Assembly (NCBI GenBank): GCA_965243135.1
Contig: OZ251539.1
Location: 4,992,001 to 5,056,000 of the forward strand
Direction of reading: 5' to 3'
From: Alphaproteobacteria bacterium
Lineage (GTDB): Bacteria; Pseudomonadota; Alphaproteobacteria; MPNO01; UBA830
DNA: 64,000 nucleotides
The notes beneath the pieces are model-generated. The model had not been told where the DNA came from. It saw only the letters and a list, made by a program, of their open reading frames with translations, and made no database searches. How positions within the stretch are numbered: the stretch's first letter is position 1; every line of letters starts with the position of its first letter. Positions 1 to 10,430 of this stretch are shown here, piece by piece. A program made the position numbers and the translations under genes.

Positions 1-3000
1 GCGCCCGTGCCCGCGCGCTCGAAGGCCACGTCCACCAGGATTTCCTCGCTGGCCCCGTAGGTATCACCCGAGAGCGGCGCGGAGGCGACGGCGACCCCGC
101 TCGCCACCGGACGATTGCCTGCGACCTTAATGGTGAAGGCAAGCGTTTCGGCGTCGCCGTTGGAATCGGTCGCCGTCAGCGCGTAACCGGTTCGCGGACT
201 CTCGACGCCGGGCGTGCCGGAGAGAACGCCGGTGGAGGCGTTCACGCCCAGCCCTGCAGGCAGCGCCGGCGAGACGGCGTAGCGCACCGGCGCATCGCCG
301 CCCGTCGCGGTGGGCAGCGGTTGGGTCGCCGCCGTTCCGACGGTCAGGTCGAGATCGGGGCCGGCCGCAGTGCCGAAGTCCGGCCAGAGGCCGGTCCTGC
401 TCCCGTCCACCTTGGCGTTGGCGAAGGCCGTCCGCGCGTGGCTCCCCAGGTCGAGCGCCGCGTTCTGGCCGTCGGCGTCGCGGATGGTCCCTCCGCCGAG
501 CGTCAGCGCCCCGGCTGCGACGCCGAGCCCGTCGCTGTCCGAATCCCCCGCCGCCACCGTATAGGAGAAACGGACATAGGCGTTGCCCGCGCTCGCCGCC
601 GTTCTGGCTTGGCGGATCCGGTCGCCGACGGCGAGCGCGAGCTGCGGAGCGCCCGTCACCGTCACAGTCTGATCGAAATCGACCTGGACGGTGACCGTCG
701 CGCCCCTGGTGTAGGCACCGGCCTGCTGCGGCGTGGTATGGACGCTTACGCCGGTGACGCGCGGCGGGCTGCCTACCTGGTGGCCGGCGTCGTCGTCGAT
801 GGCGTGGGACCCCAACCCGAGCGCCGCCCGGATCGAGTCGTCGGCCGCGTCGAAGATGCCGCCGCTGGCGGGGGGAGCGAGAGCGCCGGAGCCGACGCTC
901 ACGCCGTCGGCGTCGTAATCGGCCTGCTGCACGGCGTACGAGAACACCAGATAGCCGTTTCGCGCGGCGGCGTAGCCCGCCTTCCGCGTCGCGCCGCCGA
1001 TGTCGAGGGCGAGGGTCGGGGCGCCGGTCACGGTCACCCCCTTGTCGAACTTGATCCCGACCTCGATGACGCTGCCGGGCGCGTACATTCGGTGCGCGGC
1101 CGGAGCGGAGAGGAACTTGACCTCCGAGACCTTCGGCGCATCGGCCGCGGCAACGGTGAGGGGAAAAGCCAGCGCCGTCGAATCGCCGTCGCCGTCGGTC
1201 GCCGTCCAGGTATGGGACGAACGCGCCGCCGCCGCCGGGGGCGTACCGGACAGCACGCGCGTCGCGCTGTCGAACGCCATCCAGGACGGGCGCTCCGTCG
1301 GCGCGAGCGCGTGGGAGACGGAGCCGTCTCCGGTCGCCGCCGGCAGGGTGAGCGAGGCCGCGGTCCCGGCCACCCAGTGCTGCGGCTGGATCGCGGCCGT
1401 TCCGAAGGAGGGCGCGGTGTCGCGCACCCGGTGGTTCGGGTCGTCGGCGATGGCGTGAGTTCCGAGGCCGAGCAGGGCGGTTTCGCCCTCCCTGTCGCGC
1501 AAGGTCGCGCCGGGGGCCAGGGTCAGCGCGCCGGCGGCGACGGAGATGCCGTCGCCGTCGAAGTCGGAAGGCTGCAGGGTGTACTGGAACCCGAGCACCG
1601 AGGAGGCGTCCCTGCCGAAGGCCCGCGCCATCTGCCGGCTCACGTAGGCGTCGTAGGCCGCCTGCCGGATCCGGCCGCCGATGGCGAGCGCGAGGCTCGG
1701 CCGGCCGCTGCCGTCGAAGACGACCGCCTGGTCGAACGCCACCGCCGCGGTCACGACGGCGGGCGCGAAGCGGTTGGTCGCAGTCTGCCGCGGGTCCGCC
1801 CAGCCGGCCGGGCGCCGGTTCCAGCAGCACGCCTGGTCGCTCGCGCCGAGCTTCGCCTCCACGACGCGGGGCGGCGTCGACACCTTGTGGCCGGCGGCGC
1901 CGACGACGGCGTGGGCGCCAAGGCCGAGCCGCGCGTCCTCGCCCTTGGCATTGCGAATGGAGCCGCCGTTCAGGGCGAGCGCGTTGGCGGCGATGGAAAT
2001 GCCGTCGGCGTCCCGATCGCTCGTCGCCACGGTATAGCTGAACGTGATCTTGCTCTGTCCCGAAACGTGGCTCCCCGCCGCCTGCCGGACTTCGCCGCCG
2101 ATGGTGAGCGCGAGGTTCGGCGCGCCCGCCACCGCGATCGTCTGGTCGAAGGTCGCGTCCACCGTGATCGTCTCGCCGGCCTTGTAGGCGTCGCCGGAGG
2201 CCGGGCTGGACGTGATGGCGACGCCGCTCACCACCGGGTCGGTCACCACCGAGAGAGCGAAGGTCTGCGTCGCCGCGTCGCCGTCGCCATCGGTAGCGGT
2301 GAGAGTGTAGGAGGCTGCGGCCGCGGCCGCGGCGGGCGCGCCGGAGAGCGTGCGAGCGGAGGCGTTCCACGAGAGGCCGTCGGGGAGCGAAAGCGTCTCG
2401 GCCGAACCCGGCCCGGTGAGTTTGTAGGACAGCGTCCCGTCGCCGCCGGTCGCCGCCGGCAGCCGGTCGCTCGCCCGCAGGTTCACGAGGTAGCGCCGGG
2501 CCGCGATCGTCCCCAGACTCGGTTTCGCGTCCCGCACCGTGCGTCCGAGACTGCGGAGGGCGAGGCCGCCAAGGCCGAGCGACGCGGCGACCGAGGCGTC
2601 GGCGGCGTCGACGATGCTGCCGCCGTTCAGCGTCAGCGCTCCCGAGCCGATGTCCAGCCCGTCGCCGTCGAAGTCCGACGGCGTCACGGCGTATTGGAAC
2701 GTAAGGCTGTTCGGAGAGCTAAGGCCGCGCGCATAGGCCGCCTGGCGGACGGCGCCGCCGATGTCGAGCGCGAGCCGCGGCGCGCCGGTTACGACGACGT
2801 TTTTCTCGAACGAAACCGTTGCCCGGATGACCTCGCCCGCCGCGTAGTCGCCGTCGAATCCCGGCGTCTCGGTCAGTTCCAGCCTCGTCGGCGCCGGCGC
2901 GTTGGCCGCGGCCACCGTGATGTCGAACGAAAGCCGCGCCGCGTCGCCGTCGCCGTCGGTCGCCGCCCAGCTGTAGGAGGCCGCTGCCGCGGCAGCGCCG

Positions 3001-4319
3001 GGCTTGCCCGAGATCGTGCGCGTGTCGGCATTCCAGGAGAGGCCCTGGGGGAGGCTTAGCGTCGTCGCCGCGCCCGGACCGGTCAGCGCGTAGTTTACCG
3101 TGGCGTCGCCGCCGCCGGCCGCCGGCAGCTGGAAGCTGACGACCGTGCCGGCGATCCAGTGCTGGTTCTCCACCTTCGCCGTTCCGAAGGAGGGACGGGA
3201 ATCGTTCACCGAGTGATCGGCGCTGTTCGCGATCGCATGGCTGCCGAGGTCGATTGCGACGTTCGACGCCTTGATGCTGCCGCCGTTCAGCGTCAGCGCG
3301 TCCGCGGGGATGGAGATGCCGTCGCGGTCGACGTCCGCTGCGGTCACCTTGTAGCGGAAGGTCGCCGTCGATCCGCTGTGCGTCCGGTAGACCGCCTGCC
3401 GCGTGGCGTCGCCGATGCCGAGCGCGATCCGCGGCGCGCCCGTCACCGTCACCGGGTAGTTGAACGTGACCTCCACATCGATGTTCTCGCCCGGCGCGTA
3501 GCTGGAGCCGCTGGCCGGAGACGAGACGATGGAAACTCCGCTCACCGCCGGAACCGCCCCGGCGACCGCGACGGTGAACGGCAGCGCGTCCGAAAGCCCC
3601 GTGACCGTCCCGCCTTTGCCGCCGCCGTAGCCGACGTTGAGCGCGTAGGTCGTCTTCGCCATTCCCACCTTCGGCGCGCCGTGGAGGACACGGGTTGCCG
3701 GATCGAAGGAGAGGCCGCCGGGCAGCGCTGGCGTCGCCGCCAGCGCGTAGGACGCGAGAGCGGCGGACGCGCCCTCGCCGCCCGCCGCCGGCAGCGCGAA
3801 GCTGCCGCGCGCGCCGCGCGTGAAGGCGTAGGCAGGCTGCGCCACGCCGTCGAAGGTCGGCCCGCCGCCATCCACTCGATGGTTGGACTGGTCGCCCAGC
3901 GCGTGGCTGCCGAGGCCGAGGGCGGCGTTCACGCTCCCCGCCTTGATGGCGCCCCCGTTGAGCGTCAGCGCGTCCGCGGCGATGGAAACGCCGTCGGCGT
4001 CCCGGTCGCCCGCCAGGATCGCGTAACGGAAGTTAACGTCGGACCCCGACGCCGACCAGAAGGCCGCCTGGCGGGCGCGGGAGCCGACGGTCAGCGCCAG
4101 ACGCGGCTCGCCGGTGACCGTGACGGCTCGACTGAAGGTGACCGTCACGTCGACGTGATCGCCCTGAGCGTAGGGCCGGATCTCTTGCTTTCTCTCCACG
4201 CTCGGACGCGGCGCAATCGAGACGCCGGTCACCGAAGGCGCGCCGCTCTGCGCCGCGTCGGCCAGCGGCGCGCACAGCGTCGCCAGGAGCGGGGCCATAC
4301 GGGCGAGGCGGAAAATCAT
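1..4319 (-). CDS. Giant secreted/surface protein with alternating Ig-like/cadherin-like repeats (partial, runs off the left edge)
   Basis: ATG at 4319 gives MIFRLARMAPLLATLCAPLADAAQ (signal-peptide-like). The same frame reads sensibly at position 3. Two modules repeat: 'VTVTF..AV.VTG.P.LAL.IG...RQAAY...F.Y.V...D.D.DG.SIAA.AL.LNGG' and 'LP.ATGGDG...Y.L...P....FD..TR.LSG.P......Y.L.A.D.DGD...L.F.V.V'. It is absent from the ORF track because no stop lies in the window; 321..3059+ is its antisense shadow. Confidence 0.85.
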   Translation of the reverse strand, partial: MIFRLARMAPLLATLCAPLADAAQSGAPSVTGVSIAPRPSVERKQEIRPYAQGDHVDVTVTFSRAVTVTGEPRLALTVGSRARQAAFWSASGSDVNFRYAILAGDRDADGVSIAADALTLNGGAIKAGSVNAALGLGSHALGDQSNHRVDGGGPTFDGVAQPAYAFTRGARGSFALPAAGGEGASAALASYALAATPALPGGLSFDPATRVLHGAPKVGMAKTTYALNVGYGGGKGGTVTGLSDALPFTVAVAGAVPAVSGVSIVSSPASGSSYAPGENIDVEVTFNYPVTVTGAPRIALGIGDATRQAVYRTHSGSTATFRYKVTAADVDRDGISIPADALTLNGGSIKASNVAIDLGSHAIANSADHSVNDSRPSFGTAKVENQHWIAGTVVSFQLPAAGGGDATVNYALTGPGAATTLSLPQGLSWNADTRTISGKPGAAAAAASYSWAATDGDGDAARLSFDITVAAANAPAPTRLELTETPGFDGDYAAGEVIRATVSFEKNVVVTGAPRLALDIGGAVRQAAYARGLSSPNSLTFQYAVTPSDFDGDGLDIGSGALTLNGGSIVDAADASVAASLGLGGLALRSLGRTVRDAKPSLGTIAARRYLVNLRASDRLPAATGGDGTLSYKLTGPGSAETLSLPDGLSWNASARTLSGAPAAAAAAASYTLTATDGDGDAATQTFALSVVTDPVVSGVAITSSPASGDAYKAGETITVDATFDQTIAVAGAPNLALTIGGEVRQAAGSHVSGQSKITFSYTVATSDRDADGISIAANALALNGGSIRNAKGEDARLGLGAHAVVGAAGHKVSTPPRVVEAKLGASDQACCWNRRPAGWADPRQTATNRFAPAVVTAAVAFDQAVVFDGSGRPSLALAIGGRIRQAAYDAYVSRQMARAFGRDASSVLGFQYTLQPSDFDGDGISVAAGALTLAPGATLRDREGETALLGLGTHAIADDPNHRVRDTAPSFGTAAIQPQHWVAGTAASLTLPAATGDGSVSHALAPTERPSWMAFDSATRVLSGTPPAAAARSSHTWTATDGDGDSTALAFPLTVAAADAPKVSEVKFLSAPAAHRMYAPGSVIEVGIKFDKGVTVTGAPTLALDIGGATRKAGYAAARNGYLVFSYAVQQADYDADGVSVGSGALAPPASGGIFDAADDSIRAALGLGSHAIDDDAGHQVGSPPRVTGVSVHTTPQQAGAYTRGATVTVQVDFDQTVTVTGAPQLALAVGDRIRQARTAASAGNAYVRFSYTVAAGDSDSDGLGVAAGALTLGGGTIRDADGQNAALDLGSHARTAFANAKVDGSRTGLWPDFGTAAGPDLDLTVGTAATQPLPTATGGDAPVRYAVSPALPAGLGVNASTGVLSGTPGVESPRTGYALTATDSNGDAETLAFTIKVAGNRPVASGVAVASAPLSGDTYGASEEILVDVAFERAGTG

Positions 4320-5471
4320 GCCGCGCCGTGCCCGCCCGTCGCGCGCGACGCGATGGGCGGGGCTTGAAAACGACGAGAATTCCGCTCGCGCCCCCGGGCG
4401 GCAATTTCCTGATCCGTCGGAACCGATGCCATCGCCATCTCGCTGATTCCGCGCCTGCCGGACGTGCCGGCATCGTCAACCAATCATTTGTTTAAGCGAA
4501 TTTTTTTCGAGCGGTGGTCACATTTTCGTGACCGGGCCGGCGGAGTTCCGGGCGGTTCGCGGCCCCGCGTTTCGCGCGCCGGGCATGGCCCGCGGGGCCG
4601 GTTCCGCCCGACCGGGAAGGAAACCGGTTCGAACGAAAACGGAATCCGGATCTCACCCTGCGCCTCGCGCCGCCGCTTCGCCGACCGACGAGCGGAACGA
4701 TAGGCAAAAAGCGTTACGGAACGGCGAAGCCGGCGTTAAAGGTCGGTGACGCCTGCAAGCGTCGACGTCGAGGGAGAGGCGTCGTCCTCAAGGACAAAGC
4801 ACGCGCGTTCGCAACGTCTCGAGCGGCGCGTTCCGCCGTTGCCGCCCGGCCGCGGATACCCGGCGCGGGGTTGACGGGACGTCCCCGGCGCGCGACGCCC
4901 GGTCCGCTTGCGCCCGGGCCGGCGGCGAGGTCGCCCGAGGTCGTGCGCCGCCCTCCAATTCGGTGAGGATGACGATCTCGCCGCCCGCCGGCAGGCCGAC
5001 GTAAACGGCACGGCGCAACCGGCGACGGCCGGCCCCCGATTGTCTCGCGCGCCCTGCTCGTCTACGCTCGCGGGCGCCGCAGAAAGAGATTCATGGCCGC
5101 ACTTGGGATCCCCGCCGCCGGTTCGGAAGAACCGAAGCGCCGTCAACCGGTTCGAACGCGCGGCCGACCGTTGCGGCTTGACGGCTTCTTACGCACGAAC
5201 GCGCAAACGATTTCGGGCCCAGGATTCGTGCCGAAGGCGGCGAGAATGCCGCTTTACGCCCGCGCCGGAGAAGACCGCAACTTCTCCGGCGCGGCGCCGG
5301 GTTCGACGGGCGAACGGAAAGGCTTCCCGAGACCGGGCCGGACGTCCTCCCGCCCACGGAAACCTCCACCGGTTCGCCGCGGTCTCCGGGTAACCGGCGG
5401 CGATCCCGCGCGGGGCGGCTCCTGTCGAGACGACCGCGGTCCGATGACGAACGAATGACGGGAGCGCAATC

Positions 5472-6419
5472 ATGACCACGCTGATCACGGGTGCCGGGCT
5501 TGTCGGCACCGCCTATGCGATCGAGGCGGCGAAACGCGGCGAAAAGGTCGTTTTCCTCGATCCGATTCCTCGCGACGACTATCTCGCCATGCGCCTCGGC
5601 GACGCCGAATACGAGATCGTCGCGGACGACGTGCGCAGCCTGCCCGGACTGTTGAGCGCGATCGACGAATACGCCCCCGAAACCATCCTCCACACGGCGG
5701 GGCTGATCGGAAAGCGGGTCGCGAATCCCATTCACTTCGGCTACGACCTCAACGTTGGCGGCGCCATGACGGTGGCCGAGGCGATGCGCCTGACCGGCGT
5801 CAAGCGGCTTCTGCATCTGTCGACGTTCGGCGTCTACGACTGGCGGCGGAGCGACGGCGCGGACAGGATCGACGAAACCTTCGCCCTCGGCAGCGGCGCC
5901 GCGTATTCGAATTCCAAGGCGGCGCAGGAACTGATCCTCGAGGCCTACCAGATCCATTGCGGCTTCGAAATGGTCACCATGAGGCCGGGCAACGTGTTCG
6001 GCATGGGACATTTCTGGGGCGGATCCGGCGGCGGCGAGAAGGTGCACGCCCTGATCGAAGCCGGCGTTCGGGGCCGGCCCGCGGTCATCCCGGAAGAGCA
6101 GACCATGGCTTTCGAGTACGTCTACGCCAACGACATGGGCCGCGCGCTCGATCTGGCGGCGACGAAGGCGACTTTGCCGTCCCCCGCCGTCTACAATATC
6201 TCATGGGGAGAGGCGATCACCTTCGACCGCCTGGTCGAGGCGGCCAGAGTCTCGCTGCCGAATCTGGAAATCAGGATCGAACCCGGCACGCCGCCGGATT
6301 CCCGCATGACGCCGCTCGACATCGGCCGCGCGCGAGAAGAACTCGGATGGGAGCCCTCGTACGCGTTGGAGGAAGCGCTCGCCGACTACGCCGAGGAATT
6401 CCGTAAGCGAAACGCCTGA
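5472..6419 (+). CDS. NAD-dependent epimerase/dehydratase (extended SDR)
   Basis: N-terminal LITGAGLVG Rossmann motif, YxxxK motif (YSNSK), RPGNVFG; GGGAG ribosome-binding site (RBS). Confidence 0.9.
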   Translation: MTTLITGAGLVGTAYAIEAAKRGEKVVFLDPIPRDDYLAMRLGDAEYEIVADDVRSLPGLLSAIDEYAPETILHTAGLIGKRVANPIHFGYDLNVGGAMTVAEAMRLTGVKRLLHLSTFGVYDWRRSDGADRIDETFALGSGAAYSNSKAAQELILEAYQIHCGFEMVTMRPGNVFGMGHFWGGSGGGEKVHALIEAGVRGRPAVIPEEQTMAFEYVYANDMGRALDLAATKATLPSPAVYNISWGEAITFDRLVEAARVSLPNLEIRIEPGTPPDSRMTPLDIGRAREELGWEPSYALEEALADYAEEFRKRNA

Positions 6420-6477
6420 ACGAACGGGGTGCGCCGTCGCCGCTCGCGCAGGATTGTTCAAACCGGAGACTATCAAG

Positions 6478-6954
6478 ATGAAACGCTTCGCAACTGTTCT
6501 CTTGCTAACGCTGTCGCCCTTCGCTGCGTTGTCCGCCGAGAAGAGGGTCGCGCCCGAGGTCTTCGTTCCCGAAGACCGCAAGATCTACGACACGATAAAA
6601 TATTCGCCGGCGGTGCGCGTCGGCGACACGTTGTATCTTTCAGGCGTGACGGGAACGCAGGTGGCCAGGGATGCCGACGAAGAGACTCTGAGAGCGAATT
6701 TCGTAAGCATCTTCGAACGGATCGCGACCACTCTCGCGAAGGCCGGCGCCAGTTGGGACAACGTGGTGATGATGCGCTCCTACCATCTGGACTACGTGAA
6801 GAACTTCTTCATCTTCAACGAAGTGAAGAACCGGTACATGAAGGAACCCTACCCTGCGTGGTCCGCCTTGGGCGTAGCGGAACTGACGCCTGGCAGCGTG
6901 GCTGAGGTGGAAGTGATCGCCTGGCTGGGCGGCGTCCGCACGGAAGCCGAATAA
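6478..6954 (+). CDS. RidA/YjgF family protein with predicted signal peptide
   Basis: YSPAVRVGDTLYLSG and YPAWSALGVAEL...VEVIA motifs; N-terminus MKRFATVLLLTLSPFAALSA. Confidence 0.85.
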   Translation: MKRFATVLLLTLSPFAALSAEKRVAPEVFVPEDRKIYDTIKYSPAVRVGDTLYLSGVTGTQVARDADEETLRANFVSIFERIATTLAKAGASWDNVVMMRSYHLDYVKNFFIFNEVKNRYMKEPYPAWSALGVAELTPGSVAEVEVIAWLGGVRTEAE

Positions 6955-7020
6955 CCGCGAGGTTTCGCGCCGGCGATCGTCCCGGCAACCGCGCCCGTTC
7001 CGCCTCCCGCGGGGGGAAGG

Positions 7021-8022
7021 TCAGCGTGCGGAACAGCCGTTCTCGATACGAAAGAGTCTGGCGGCGTTGCCGCCAAGGATCGCCTTGGTGTCGATCTCCG
7101 CAAGTTTCGCTTCATGGACGATGCGGCAGGGCGTCATGTCGCCGATGGGAAAGGGATAATCCGAACCCAGCACTACCCGTTCGGCGCCGAAGAGCTCGCA
7201 CAGAAAACGCAATGTCCGCGCGTCGAACAGCACGGTATCGTACCAGAGCCTGCCCATCTGGGCGACGGGATCGGCGTATCCGTCGTCCCGGTGCATCTCG
7301 TAGTTGCGGTTCATGCGGCCGAGTATATAGGGCAGCGCCCCGCCGCCATGGGACAACACCATCTTCATGCCGCCGTATCTGGTGAAGTGCCCGGCAAAAA
7401 CCATGCGCGCCACTGCCGTCGTCGTGTCCACGCCGCGTCCGACCGCATTGATCATGTCGTAGTCGAGCAGCCGGTCGTCGCCGCAGCCGAACATCGGGTG
7501 CATGTAGATCGTCGCGCCGAGTTCGGACGCCGCCTCCCAGAAAGGGTCCAGGTCCGGATCGTCGAGATTGCCATGGCCGCCGCGGGGCTGGGTGCCGATC
7601 ATCGCGCCCGCAAAGCCGGCGGCTGTCGCCTCGCGCAGAACGTCGGCGGCGAGCCGTCCGTTCTGAAGCGGGACGGTCGCGAGCGGTTCCATCCAGGGCT
7701 TGTTCCGCATCGCTTCGAGAAGATGCTCGTTCATGAAGCGGCTCCACGCGGCGCCCTCGTCGGCCGGGATCTCGTAGGCGAAGCTGTCGAGCCATCCCCC
7801 GGAAACCTGCACGTCGATGCCGTTCTCCCCAAGCCAGCGCTCGCGCGTCTCGAGTTCGCGAAGCCGGGGCATGACGGGCCGCGTCGGCGCGCCGCCCATG
7901 AACGCTAGCCTGAACGCGTCGCCTTCTTTCAGCACCTCGACGCTGGCGAACTTCTCCTTGCCCGCGACAACGGCGTCGAGCATGGACTGGGGCACGAAAT
8001 GGGCATGGGTGTCTATGATCAT
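7021..8022 (-). CDS. Amidohydrolase family protein (ACMSD-like decarboxylase/hydratase)
   Basis: IIDTHAH, YMHP, SHGGG and LGSDYPF motifs. The start overlaps the upstream stop (ATGA). Confidence 0.9.
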   Translation of the reverse strand: MIIDTHAHFVPQSMLDAVVAGKEKFASVEVLKEGDAFRLAFMGGAPTRPVMPRLRELETRERWLGENGIDVQVSGGWLDSFAYEIPADEGAAWSRFMNEHLLEAMRNKPWMEPLATVPLQNGRLAADVLREATAAGFAGAMIGTQPRGGHGNLDDPDLDPFWEAASELGATIYMHPMFGCGDDRLLDYDMINAVGRGVDTTTAVARMVFAGHFTRYGGMKMVLSHGGGALPYILGRMNRNYEMHRDDGYADPVAQMGRLWYDTVLFDARTLRFLCELFGAERVVLGSDYPFPIGDMTPCRIVHEAKLAEIDTKAILGGNAARLFRIENGCSAR

Positions 8023-10430
8023 CGGTTCGCTTTCCCGGTTGTTGCGGCGTGGACGGCAGCCTCGATATCGCAAGGCCGGATCGGCAATTCGTCGATCCTG
8101 ACGCCGAGAGGCGCAAGCGCGTCGTTTACGGCCGACGCCACCGCGGCCGGCGCGCCGAGATAACCGCCCTCGCCCGAGCCCTTCTGGCCGAGCGAGGTCA
8201 TGGGCGACGGCGTGCAGTGCGCGATTTCGTCGACGGGCGGGATCTCGCGCGCGGAAGGCAGGAGGTAATCGACGAACGTCCCGGCCAGAAGCTGGCCGTT
8301 CCCGTCGTATTCGAATTTCTCGTAAAGCGCCGCCCCGATGCCGTGCGCGACTCCCCCGATCATCATTCCCCGCACGATGTCGGGGTTGATCGGCGTGCCG
8401 CAGTCGTGCGCGACGAAATAGGCGCGGAGCGTCACCTTGCCGGTGTCGGGGTCGATTTCGACCAGCGGCACGTGGGCCTGGAACGAGAAGCACGGATACA
8501 GCGCCACCTCGTTGTTCTCGTCGGGCAACCGGCCGCCGCCGGGAACCTGCTGCACCGCCATCGCCTGCAGACCGAGTTCCTGGCCGGGCGGCATCCGGTG
8601 GAACTGCTTGTGCGCGATATGCGCGACCTCTTCCCAGGAGAGGGACCTCGAGGGCTCGCCCCGCACCGAAAACGTTCCGTCCGCATACTCGATCCCGTTC
8701 TCTCCCGCGCCGAGATCGTGCGCCGCGATCGCGATCATCTTCTCCCGGATCTCGCGCGCCGCCGTCGAGGTGGCGGTGCCCAGCACGATCGCCATGCGGC
8801 TCGCGACCGGACTCCGGGTGGGCAGCGCTTCCAGAGAATTGCCGTGAACCACGCGAATCGCGTCGGGGTCGCGTTCCAGCTCCTCTCCGGCGATCGTGGA
8901 AACGAGGGTTTCGTGCCCCTGTCCCGACGTGGTGGTGCACATCGCGGCGGTAATCGCGCCTGTCGGTTCGACCTTGAGCAGCACGGATTCGACGAACGTC
9001 GTGATCCGGAGTTTCGGGTTGAACATGTACTCGAAGATGTTGTTGCCGCCGCCCGGCTCCAGACAGGTCGCGACGCCGACGCCCGCGAGCTTTCCGTCGG
9101 CGCGAAGCGCGTCGCGGCGCGCGACGAGCGCAGGCCAGTCCGCGATTCGAAGCGCCTCGTCGAGCACCTCGTGGTAATCTCCGGAATCGTAGATCGAACC
9201 GGTCGGCATCTTCCACGGAAATTCGTCCTTGCGAACGAGGTTGCGTCGCCGAACCTCCAGCCGGTCGATGCCGAGATGCGCCGCCACGTGCTCCATGCCG
9301 GTTTCGACGGCGAAATTGGTCGGCGACTGCCCGAAACCGCGCACCGGCACCTGGCCGGTCTTGTTGGAAACGACCGAAATCGCCTCGTACCCGATCGAGT
9401 TCATGCGGTACGGGCCGCACAGGGCGGTTATGGGCTTGCCGAGCTGCAACGGCGCGCGTCCGGGGTAGGCGCCGACGTCGTCCAGCGCCCGAATCTTCAT
9501 GGACTTCACGACGCCCTCGGCGTCGAAAGCCATGGTCACGTCGAAGATCCTGTCCGGTCCGTGAGCGTCGCCGCCCGACATGTTGTCAAGGCGATCCTCG
9601 ATGAAGCGCACGGGCGCGCCCAGCTTTCTCGCGAGATAGCCGGCGAGCACGGTATGCTTGATGCCGCGTTTGACGCCGTACGAGCCGCCCACGTCCACAT
9701 CGTTGTGAACGCGCACGCCGTTCATCGGGAGACGCAGGGCGGCGGCGATCTGGTCCTGGTACTGCGGCATCTGGATCGACGCCCAGACGTCGAGGATTTC
9801 CGAGACGTCGTCCCATTGCGCGACGACGCCGAACGTCTCGATCGGCACGGTCGACGAGCGTCCCCAGCGCGCCCGGTAGGACACCTTGTGGGGCGCCCCG
9901 GCAAAATCCTCCTCCACCGGCCCCCACGCGAAAGCGCCGCGAAACAGGACGTTGCTGCCGTGCTCGGGATGCACCAGCGGCTGGTCCGGCTCGACCATTT
10001 TTTCGGAGTCCGCGGCAGCCGGCAGCGCTTCGTACTCGACCGCGACCAGTTCCGCCGCATCCTCGGCCACGTGACGGGACTCGGCGACGACGGCCGCGAC
10101 CCACTCCCCGGCGTACCGGGTCATTCCGACCGCGAGCGGAAACCATTTGACGTTCGGTATATCGAGACCGTGATAAAGGGAAGCCGTGCCAGCGGCGATC
10201 TCGTCTCCGGTGAGCACGTAACGGACGCCCGGAACCGTCAAGGCCGCGGCGGCGTCGATATTCAGGATGTTCGCGCGAGGGTGGGGGCTCGGCAACATCG
10301 CGACATGAAGCATGCCCGGCAGATGGACATCGGCCACGAACTTGCCGCGCCCCGAGACGAACCGGCGGTCTTCCTTCGTGCGCCGCTTCCGCGAAACGTA
10401 ACGGTAGTTCGGAAGGCGCGTCTCAGCCAT
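8019..10430 (-). CDS. Xanthine dehydrogenase family molybdopterin-binding large subunit (CoxL-like)
   Basis: EDRRFVSGRGKFVAD, DVGGSYGVK, GQGHET, KGSGEGG. The active-site loop is PVRGFGQ, not the CO dehydrogenase (CODH) AYRCSFR. Confidence 0.92.
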   Translation of the reverse strand: MAETRLPNYRYVSRKRRTKEDRRFVSGRGKFVADVHLPGMLHVAMLPSPHPRANILNIDAAAALTVPGVRYVLTGDEIAAGTASLYHGLDIPNVKWFPLAVGMTRYAGEWVAAVVAESRHVAEDAAELVAVEYEALPAAADSEKMVEPDQPLVHPEHGSNVLFRGAFAWGPVEEDFAGAPHKVSYRARWGRSSTVPIETFGVVAQWDDVSEILDVWASIQMPQYQDQIAAALRLPMNGVRVHNDVDVGGSYGVKRGIKHTVLAGYLARKLGAPVRFIEDRLDNMSGGDAHGPDRIFDVTMAFDAEGVVKSMKIRALDDVGAYPGRAPLQLGKPITALCGPYRMNSIGYEAISVVSNKTGQVPVRGFGQSPTNFAVETGMEHVAAHLGIDRLEVRRRNLVRKDEFPWKMPTGSIYDSGDYHEVLDEALRIADWPALVARRDALRADGKLAGVGVATCLEPGGGNNIFEYMFNPKLRITTFVESVLLKVEPTGAITAAMCTTTSGQGHETLVSTIAGEELERDPDAIRVVHGNSLEALPTRSPVASRMAIVLGTATSTAAREIREKMIAIAAHDLGAGENGIEYADGTFSVRGEPSRSLSWEEVAHIAHKQFHRMPPGQELGLQAMAVQQVPGGGRLPDENNEVALYPCFSFQAHVPLVEIDPDTGKVTLRAYFVAHDCGTPINPDIVRGMMIGGVAHGIGAALYEKFEYDGNGQLLAGTFVDYLLPSAREIPPVDEIAHCTPSPMTSLGQKGSGEGGYLGAPAAVASAVNDALAPLGVRIDELPIRPCDIEAAVHAATTGKANR

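Noticed and set aside
127-4367. Long ORFs 127..2370-, 321..3059+ and 3159..4367+
   Set aside because: They are off-frame or antisense shadows of the giant surface protein gene in GC-rich DNA.
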